DNA of 5,749 nucleotides, from the NCBI RefSeq assembly GCF_006345805.1, contig NW_021829541.1, positions 1 through 5,749 of the forward strand, given 5' to 3'. This stretch comes from Octopus sinensis (taxonomy: Eukaryota). Shown here in pieces: positions 1-5,749 of the stretch. Positions within the stretch are counted from its first letter, which is position 1. Each line of letters starts with the position of its first letter. Position numbers and translations under genes: made by a program. The notes below the pieces were generated by a model. The model made no database searches, had not been told where the DNA came from, and was given only the letters and a program-made list of their open reading frames with translations.

Positions 1-13
1 TATTTCCTCTCTA

Positions 14-45
14 CAGGGTATCTCGAATTTAAGGCAGCGAAGTTT
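14..45 (+). repeat. Left terminal inverted repeat (approximate extent)
   Basis: CAGGGTATCTCGAATTTAAGGCAGCGAAGTTT directly after TA; a CAGGGT start is typical of this transposon group. Confidence 0.65.
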
Positions 46-163
46 CGGGCTTTAATAACTACCAATAAATGTCTCAAGATATGAAAATTACACATCATTA
101 TAAAAGTCTAGTGTGTCTTCTTTTTGTTTCAGACTAAATAAATTCAGATTTATAAATTAGATA

Positions 164-1039
164 ATGACTATAGACCGAAATACAAACATAACCCTCCACA
201 AAGGAGGTGAAAGTAATACAGCTATAGCAAAAGAGCTTAAAATTAACCAAACAATAGTCTGGAAAATCGTCAAGAAATTTCAAGAGGTTGGTTCCACTGC
301 TGATCGATCTAGACGCAGCCGAAAAAGAAGTGTGCGAACCTCTAGGCTTATAGAAAGTACCAGAGGAAAGACATGGCGAACTCCTAGCCGTTCCGTCGGA
401 AAACTGGCTGCCACAGCAAAAATAAGCCGAACATCGATGTATCGAGTGCTGAAGAAGGATCTCAGGACCCACCTCTACAAGGTGATCCGCCGTCGTGAGC
501 TTACGCAAGTTTGTAAGACCCTGATGCTGGAGAGAAGTCGTCTTATCCAGCGTCAGATTGATGAAGGCACGCTGTCCAGCCTGGAGTTCACAGATGGAAA
601 GAAATTTTACATCGAACAGACAGTAAACCACCAGAATAACCAACTTTAGAGTGTATCTCGTTCTGTCGAGGATAGACTCGTACATCGACGTTAAAATCCA
701 CAGTCAGTTATGGCAGCCAGTAGAAGACCTTCCCTCGTTTTTGTGCTCTCGGGTGTTAAAATTGACACCTAGCGATACATTAGCAACATTCTGGAGGCCG
801 AACTGCTACCATGGGCGAATGAGCACTTTCGAGGCGCACCTTGGTGCTTCTAAAAGGACTTGGCACCATCTCACAGCTCCAAACAGACACAACACTGGAT
901 TCAGAAAAACATTGTGCTGTTCATAGGTAAGGATACATGGCCTTCAAACCCGTTGGATTTTTCTCTTTGGTCCTTTTGGAGACGAGGGTCTCGAGCACTC
1001 CTGATGCTTCGCTTGACGCTCTAAAAGCAAAACTGCGCC
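164..1039 (+). pseudogene. Tc1/mariner DD37D-type transposase pseudogene
   Basis: ORF 164-649 has a paired-like HTH region (AIAKELKINQTIVWKIVKKF; RSVGKLAATAKISRTSMYRVLKKDL) and the first catalytic D in FTDGKKF (593-595). The same frame continues through stops at 647, 692, 770 and 851 to F*KDLAPSH (second D, 857-859) and WPSNPLDFSLWS (third residue D, 956-958). Spacing is 32 aa; the SPDLNP motif lacks about 5 aa, and restoring them gives 37. Frameshift near 975 (LETRVSSTPDASLDALKAKLR); C-terminus missing after about 1039. Confidence 0.9.
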
Positions 1040-1045
1040 AGGGAA

Positions 1046-1076
1046 AAAGTTGGTTACCTTAATTTTCGGACAAATG
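1046..1076 (-). repeat. Right terminal inverted repeat, divergent
   Basis: Reverse complement CATTTGTCCGAAAATTAAGGTAACCAACTTT aligns to the left end at 20 of 32 columns (shared TTAAGG core) and abuts TA. Confidence 0.55.
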
Positions 1077-1095
1077 TATTACTTAACACATCGAG

Positions 1096-1143
1096 AACAA
1101 CACCAACTACAACTACAACAAACCACAACTACAACTGTAACAA
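1096..1143. repeat. Degenerate (AACTAC)/(AAC)n microsatellite
   Basis: aacaacaccaactacaactacaacaaaccacaactacaactgtaacaa. Confidence 0.7.
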
Positions 1144-1210
1144 TACACAAGGAATTATATCAAATCTTTTACCAACAGATATTGATACATTGTCCTTAAT
1201 TACTGATATA

Positions 1211-1240
1211 CTCTTCCTTCTCCTTCTCCTCTTCTTCTTC
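1211..1240. repeat. Short (CTT/CCT)n polypyrimidine tract
   Basis: 30 nt of C/T only. Confidence 0.8.
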
Positions 1241-1243
1241 ACC

Positions 1244-1248
1244 ATCTA

Positions 1249-1308
<60 letters not shown>
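1244..1308. repeat. (TATC)n microsatellite
   Basis: About 15 near-perfect ATCT units. Confidence 0.97.
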
Positions 1309-1317
1309 AATTTCCCA

Positions 1318-1475
1318 AGGAATGGGTGTGTGGTAAGTAGCTTGGTTACCAGCCACAATGTTCCGGGTTCAGTCCCACTGCGTGGCACCTTGGGCATGTG
1401 TCTTCTACTATAGCCTCGGGCCGGGCAAAGCCTTGTGAGTGAATTTGGTAGACGGAAAGTGAAAGAAGCCCATCG

Positions 1476-1539
<64 letters not shown>

Positions 1540-1580
1540 GTGTGTGTTGTGTATCTGTGTTTGTCTCCCCAACATCGCTT
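1318..1580 (+). mobile_element. tRNA-derived SINE, 3'-truncated (octopus-type)
   Basis: Pol III A-box-like TGGGTGTGTGG (1323-1333) and B-box GGTTCAGTCCC (1366-1376); CORE-like GTGGCACCTTGGGCATGTGTCTT (1382-1404); internal TA/GT tract; stops at CAACATCGCTT, where the family as I recall it continues. Family name not verified. Confidence 0.8.
1476..1562. repeat. (TA)n then (GT)n microsatellite inside the SINE
   Basis: TA-rich run 1476-1530 followed by GT-rich run. Confidence 0.95.
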
Positions 1581-2044
1581 TGTCTTGGGCTATAGCAAAT
1601 ATTTTGCTCAATACCACAGATTTGCTTGTCAGTTGTTTGACCATAACCAGTTGAGCATGTCCCTTATTGGCTGACGATATGTGCATCTCTGATCATGAGC
1701 AGAAGTAGTGGTGGAGCATCATAGCCGTGTATTGAGAGGGATTCTTCGAGGTTTGGATAATTCACCTCTGGAAACATGGTTGTTTCGTTCAACATCCTTA
1801 AACAATCCTTATTCAGGAACCTTTTGAGCGGGATGGGCTACTCGACCTGAAGAAAATTCTAACTGGACCCCACCAGCAAGGTCATGCGCTCTTTATTTTG
1901 ATATGAGATCACAATGTCGCGCACATATGGTTGTGATGCATGTGCCTGGTGTACCCTTATCAGACGGGTAGTCATGGTAGGTATACTGGGCTCCGTATAT
2001 TTTACCCCAGTGTCACTTTGATGGCATGAACTGCTCTCTCACTC

Positions 2045-2080
<36 letters not shown>
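1579..2080 (+). mobile_element. Copy A of an uncharacterised (AAT)n-tailed interspersed repeat, truncated at its left end
   Basis: 1589-2044 matches the reverse complement of copy B at about 90% (about 43 mismatches in 456 bp, no indels); ends CTGCTCTCTCACTC plus (AAT)12 at 2045-2080. Strand inferred from the tail. Confidence 0.85.
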
Positions 2081-2083
<3 letters not shown>

Positions 2084-2233
2084 AGGAAGAAGGAGGAGAA
2101 GAAGAAGAAGAAGAAGAAGAAGAAGAAGAGAAGAAGAAGGAAGAAGAAGAAGAAAAGGAGCAAGAAGAAGAAGAGAAGAAGAAGAGCAAGAAGAAGAAGA
2201 AGAAGAAGAAGAAGAAGAAGAAGAAGAAGAAGA
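2081..2233. repeat. (GAA)n-rich polypurine tract
   Basis: 153 nt with only two pyrimidines (2161, 2187). Confidence 0.97.
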
Positions 2234-2372
2234 CATAATGAAAGTGTTAAAATAAGAGAAGATAGAGAGAAGAAATGAGATTGAGGATAAAGAGGTAAAA
2301 CGAACGTTGGGACTGAAAATAGTGGTTTAGAGTTCAAGTGTCCACTGCCCCAAACTCGATTGGACCACTGTA

Positions 2373-3176
2373 GGGGACTCTTTGCGGGTACGACCTGTAA
2401 ACTCAGTGTAGCGTTGGCCTTGTTAGTGGGATACCGCCAGTACGAATTAAAATATCTGTGGTTTAGTTACTAGGGAAACTAATGATTCAAAATACCCGTG
2501 GTTTAGTTACTAGGGAAACTAATTATTCAAAATACCCGAGGTTTAGTTACTAGGGAAACTAATGAATCAAAATACCCGAGGTTTAGTTACTAGGGAAACT
2601 AATGATTCAAAATACCCGAGGTTTAGTTACTAGGGAAACTAATGAATCAAAATACCCGTGGTTTAGTTACTAGGGAAACTAATGATTCAAAATACCTGTG
2701 GTTTAGTTACTAGGGAAACTAATGATTCAAAATACCCGAGGTTTAGTTACTAGGGAAACTAATGATTCAAAATACCCGTGGTTTAGTTACTAGGGAAACT
2801 AATGATTCAAAATACCCGTGTTTTAGAATCTAGGGTAAAGCCGGTACGAATTAAAATACCCCGTGACTTAGTTATTGGAATACAACTAGTATGAATCAAA
2901 GTACTCCATGGTTTAGTTCCTTGGGTACAACTTGTAAGAATCAATGTACCCGTGGATAAGTTATTGGGGTAGAACCAAAACAAATACAAACATCCGTGGT
3001 TCAGTTACTGTGGTTAAACAAGTAAAAATGAATGTACCCATGGCTTAGGTACTGGGATAGAATATATAAAAAATCAATGCACCCGTGGCCTTGGTACTGA
3101 GGTAGAGCCTGTAAAAATCAATGTACCCCGTAAGTTGTTTGCTTGGGTGCAGCTTGTTAGAATCAATTTCCCGGTG
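2373..3176. repeat. Minisatellite array of about 19 units (40-45 bp)
   Basis: Two decayed 44-bp units (2373-2460), nine 40-bp units (2461-2820) and eight decayed 44-45-bp units (2821-3176), sharing GTTTAGTT...GGG...AATCAA..TACCCGTG. Confidence 0.9.
2461..2820. repeat. Homogeneous 9 x 40-bp tandem core
   Basis: Unit GTTTAGTTACTAGGGAAACTAATGATTCAAAATACCCGTG starts at 2461, 2501 ... 2781; only 8 substitutions at 4 sites in total. Confidence 0.98.
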
Positions 3177-3305
3177 ATTCAGCAACTCCGTGACAATGGT
3201 TTTCGGGTACAGTTAGTACTATTCGAAAAGTTTTTGTTTAAATTGTTTCCTTAAAAGGTAATTTAATCAACACTTTGATGCCAACAAACTTAAAAGAACC
3301 GAAAC

Positions 3306-3312
3306 AAAGAGA

Positions 3313-3383
<71 letters not shown>

Positions 3384-3498
3384 TGAGAAAGAGAGAGAGA
3401 GGGGAGAAAGAAAAAGAGAGAGTGAGAGTTTTTTGGATGAGGGTGAAACAAAGAAAGAGACTGAAAGGAGAGAGGGAGAGAGGGAGAGAGGTGAGAAG
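3306..3498. repeat. (GA)n microsatellite and purine-rich tract
   Basis: Pure purine 3306-3383, then interrupted GA/GGGA repeats. Confidence 0.95.
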
Positions 3499-3660
3499 TG
3501 TTATGGTTGAATCCCCGAAAAGGAGCGACAGAAAGACAAAGATGTGTGGGTGTATACAACAATTTAAGGAGTAAATGAGCAGGTCGTTAAGGAGATAATT
3601 ACTCCAAATTAATCAAAATTGCTTTATTAGAGAACAGCAGTGATAATACAATGATACGGC

Positions 3661-3663
3661 ATA

Positions 3664-3720
<57 letters not shown>

Positions 3721-3800
3721 ATATATTATATATACATACACTACATACATACCTACATACATACATACAATATATATACATATATATGTGTGTGTGTATG
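3661..3800. repeat. Compound (TA)n/(TACA)n/(TG)n microsatellite
   Basis: Direct reading of the sequence. Confidence 0.95.
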
Positions 3801-3834
3801 CATGTATCTTGGTATACTAGCAACGATGATTCAC

Positions 3835-3895
3835 AGATGCCTCGGTGCATCACTCACGCGAGAGTGGCGCGGTTTCAATTCCTGGTCGATGCAAA
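3835..3895 (+). mobile_element. Possible decayed tRNA-like (SINE head) fragment
   Basis: CTCACGCGAGAG resembles an anticodon/variable region and is followed by B-box-like GGTTTCAATTCC (3871-3882); no clear A-box. Confidence 0.3.
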
Positions 3896-3969
3896 CAAGA
3901 TTTTAAGTAACGATATCGAGCATCGAACGAAACCACATCCGTTGGGTCAAAGAGATAAAAACATATATA

Positions 3970-4104
3970 CGAGGGTCTGAAAAGTTCACAAGCTGACCAG
4001 GATACTCTCAAGGAATGTGGGCAAACGAAAGATTTATTTTTCAACATTGTCCCTCTTGTGGTCCATACACTTCTTCCATCGGTGTTGCAGTGCTTGGATC
4101 CCAT
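3970..4104 (-). mobile_element. 3' end fragment of a mariner-like element
   Basis: TA (3968-3969) then CGAGGGTCTGAAAAGTTC, a mariner-type terminal repeat, with the transposase C-terminus on the minus strand next to it. Confidence 0.88.
4034..4102 (-). pseudogene. Mariner transposase C-terminal remnant
   Basis: Minus strand reads GIQALQHRWKKCMDHKRDNVEK*, matching the mariner ending GI..L..RW.KC....G.Y.E. Confidence 0.9.
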
Positions 4105-4108
4105 TCTA

Positions 4109-4125
4109 AATTATATTGAAGCATA
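4109..4125 (+). repeat. Direct repeat, left copy (candidate target-site duplication)
   Basis: AATTATATTGAAGCATA vs AATTTTATTGAAGCATA at 5644-5660, 16/17 identical. Confidence 0.55.
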
Positions 4126-4696
4126 TTATTATTATTATTATTGAGTGAGAGAGCAGTGCATGCCATCAAAGTGACACCGGGGTAAAATATAAGAAGCCCA
4201 GTATACCCAACATGACTACCCGTCTGATAAGGGTACACTAGGCACATGCATCACAACCATGTGTGCGCGACACGGTGGTCTCATAACAAGATAAATAGCG
4301 CATGACCTTCCGGGTGGGGCCCAGTTAGAATTTTCTTCTGGTCGGGTAACCCATCCGGCTCAAAAGGTCCCTGATGAAGGGTTGTTTAAGAATGTTGAAC
4401 GAAACACCCATGTTTCCAGAGGTGAATTATTCACACCCCAAAGAATCCCTCTCAACACATGGCTATGATGCTCCCCCACTACTTCTGCTCGTGATCAGAG
4501 ATGCACATATCGTCAGCCACTGAGGGACATGCTCAACTGGTTAAGGTCAAGCAACTGACAAGCAAATCTGTGGTATTGAGCAGAATATGTGCTGTATCCC
4601 ATCTTTTATACCAAGACAAAACAATGTACATGATAACACTTCCAATCAGTTAAGATCAGAAGCCATGAGAGCCGCTGTTTGGTACTGCATCAGGGC

Positions 4697-4700
<4 letters not shown>
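4125..4700 (-). mobile_element. Copy B, apparently full-length 558-bp unit (4143-4700) of the (AAT)n-tailed repeat
   Basis: Bounded by (ATT)6 at 4125-4142 and (ATT)15 at 4701-4745; about 90% identical to copy A in inverted orientation; I see no ORF or Pol III boxes. Confidence 0.85.
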
Positions 4701-4745
<45 letters not shown>

Positions 4746-4761
4746 GAGTGAGAGAGCAGTG
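4701..4761 (-). repeat. (ATT)15 plus a 16-bp second copy of the unit end
   Basis: GAGTGAGAGAGCAGTG at 4746-4761 is identical to 4143-4158 (20/21 if extended to 4766). Confidence 0.9.
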
Positions 4762-5286
4762 TATGCGCTCGGCATCAGACGCGAAGTTCTGCGAAAAGAC
4801 AATAACGGCCACTGATATACGGGAGGCGATGAGCGATTGCAGAAGTCGCAAATCACCAAGTTTGGATGGTCTGCCCTATGAATTCTATTCATACCAGATT
4901 TGTTTGGCGACCTTTTGGCAGACGCCTACTGAAACTGGCAGCGGAACTGAAGAATTCCTAGTACTGTTAGCCGGGGTGTGGGGACACTGTTGACGAAGGA
5001 CGTCGACAGTGGGAACGTACAAGGGAACTTTCGGCTAAATACAGAGTTTAAGTTTTGGCCAAGATGTTATCGAAAAGGAAGGCACTTGACGTTGGTAGCC
5101 TGGTCGGGGAAGCACAAACATGCGCAATCCCGAACAGGTCTATCTATGACAACCTCCACCTTATGCGATACATCATAAAGAGGGTTGGGACTAAAGCTGG
5201 CTTCGGTAGGTGCCATGATCAATTTAGATCAATCGAAAGCATTTTATAGGGTTGACCATCGCTACTTGGAAGCCGTCCTTAAAGCT
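4762..5286 (+). pseudogene. Non-LTR retrotransposon (L1/Tx1-type) reverse transcriptase fragment
   Basis: Over several frameshifts: DIREAM...KSPSLDGLPYEFY (4850-4888), GNFR-LNTEFK (PITL missing), LAKMLSKR, QTCAIPNRSIYDNLHLMRYII, and NLDQSKAFYRVDHRYLEAVLKA (5221-5286). These are the pre-RT and early RT motifs; the YADD region is absent. Confidence 0.92.
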
Positions 5287-5450
5287 TTTTCACGTTCTGA
5301 ATTCAAATTCCGCAGTTGCCTTTCTCTTCCATCATTTTGGGCTTGATAAAATAAGTACCAGTTGAACATTGGGGTCGATGTAATCGATTTATCCCCACCC
5401 CCGAAATTGCAGGACTTATTCCAAAATTTGAAATCATCGTCATTATTATT
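5287..5450 (+). mobile_element. tRNA-derived SINE, 5'-truncated (copy 1)
   Basis: B-box-like GAATTCAAATTCC, central GATAAAATAAGTACCAGTTG...GGGGTCGATGTAATCG, ending CCAAAATTTGAAA plus ATTATTATT; homologous to copy 2. Confidence 0.8.
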
Positions 5451-5451
5451 A

Positions 5452-5640
5452 GGCGGCGAGCTGGCAGAATCGTTAGCATTCTGGACTAATTGCTTAGCGA
5501 CATTTCTACCGGCTTTATATTCTGAGTTCAAATACTGCTTTCGGGGTCGATATAACAAGTATCAGTTGGACACTGGGATCGTTGTAATCAGCTTAACCCT
5601 CACCCGAAATTGCAGGCCTTGTGCAAAAAAATGAACCAAG
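5452..5640 (+). mobile_element. tRNA-derived SINE with intact head and an internal deletion (copy 2)
   Basis: Starts GGCGGCGAGC; A-box-like TGGCAGAATCG (5462-5472); B-box GAGTTCAAATAC (5524-5535); shares its body and CCCGAAATTGCAGG with copy 1 but lacks about 20 bp after the B-box. Confidence 0.82.
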
Positions 5641-5643
5641 CGT

Positions 5644-5660
5644 AATTTTATTGAAGCATA
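5644..5660 (+). repeat. Direct repeat, right copy (candidate target-site duplication)
   Basis: AATTTTATTGAAGCATA; the 12-bp core TATTGAAGCATA is identical to 4114-4125. Confidence 0.55.
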
Positions 5661-5749
5661 CTATCTTTTAATTGTGCTGTCATGGATGGGATTTCAAGAA
5701 TACGTGCGTCAGACTCGTTTATTTTCCATGCCCCAAAAGTTTAGGTAGA

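Larger units (their letters stand above)
14..1076 (+). mobile_element. Degenerate Tc1/mariner DNA transposon, DD37D (maT)-like
   Basis: TA at 12-13 followed by CAGGGT...; decayed transposase from 164; imperfect inverted terminus at 1046-1076 followed by TA at 1077-1078. Confidence 0.8.

Noticed and set aside
164-649. Open 161-aa N-terminal ORF as a domesticated DNA-binding protein or repressor
   Set aside because: It carries non-conservative changes (for example DG for DE at the first catalytic motif) and simply ends at the first random stop; no sign of selection.
647-853. All four transposase stops arise in CpA/TpG contexts, like fungal RIP
   Set aside because: Transition-derived stops must come from CAA, CAG, CGA or TGG, so the context is nearly forced; I found no independent sign of RIP.
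134-926. ORFs 134-685 (minus) and 651-926 (plus)
   Set aside because: Shadow or off-frame readings of the transposase pseudogene.
1408-2337. ORFs 1408-1686, 1435-1674, 2002-2337 and 2039-2236
   Set aside because: Low-complexity translations (YI, poly-L, poly-S, poly-I) of microsatellites and repeat sequence.
2461-2820. CRISPR-like regular array
   Set aside because: Units are contiguous with no unique spacers, there are no cas genes, and the context is eukaryotic; it is a minisatellite.
3452-3498. G-quadruplex in the GGGAGAGAGGGAGAGAGG region
   Set aside because: Fewer than four closely spaced G3 runs; explained by the purine microsatellite.
3275-3980. ORFs 3275-3574, 3290-3562, 3651-3980 and 3665-3853
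   Set aside because: RE, SL and YI repeats arise from stop-free (GA)n and (TA)n tracts.
4371-4416. Hammerhead-like core CTGATGA...CGAAAC...GTT on the plus strand of copy B
   Set aside because: Helix I and helix II do not pair, copy A reads CTGAATA at the same place, and the bases fit better as two ordinary hairpins.
5262-5634. ORFs 5262-5558 and 5362-5634
   Set aside because: Chance frames across two non-coding SINEs, with no recognisable motif.

Overview
AT-rich eukaryotic, non-genic DNA made almost entirely of transposon relics and simple repeats; I find no host gene. The SINEs and the (AAT)n-tailed repeat look like Octopus repeats as I recall them (not checked against a database). Left to right: a dead DD37D (maT-like) Tc1/mariner element (14-1076); microsatellites; a tRNA-derived SINE fused to a truncated copy of an uncharacterised (AAT)n-tailed repeat (copy A); a long (GAA)n tract; a two-layer minisatellite (nine near-identical 40-bp units inside decayed 44-45-bp units); (GA)n and (TA)n tracts; the end of a mariner element; a full 558-bp copy of the (AAT)n repeat (copy B, inverted relative to A) with a short terminal redundancy; an L1/Tx1-type reverse transcriptase fragment; and two tandem tRNA-derived SINEs. 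The best leads are the biology of the 558-bp (AAT)n-bounded unit (partial tandem, hairpins with one compensatory pair) and a 17-bp direct repeat bracketing the 1.5-kb block 4126-5643 like a target-site duplication. These are hypotheses; no new protein-coding system is visible. All alignments and counts were done by hand.
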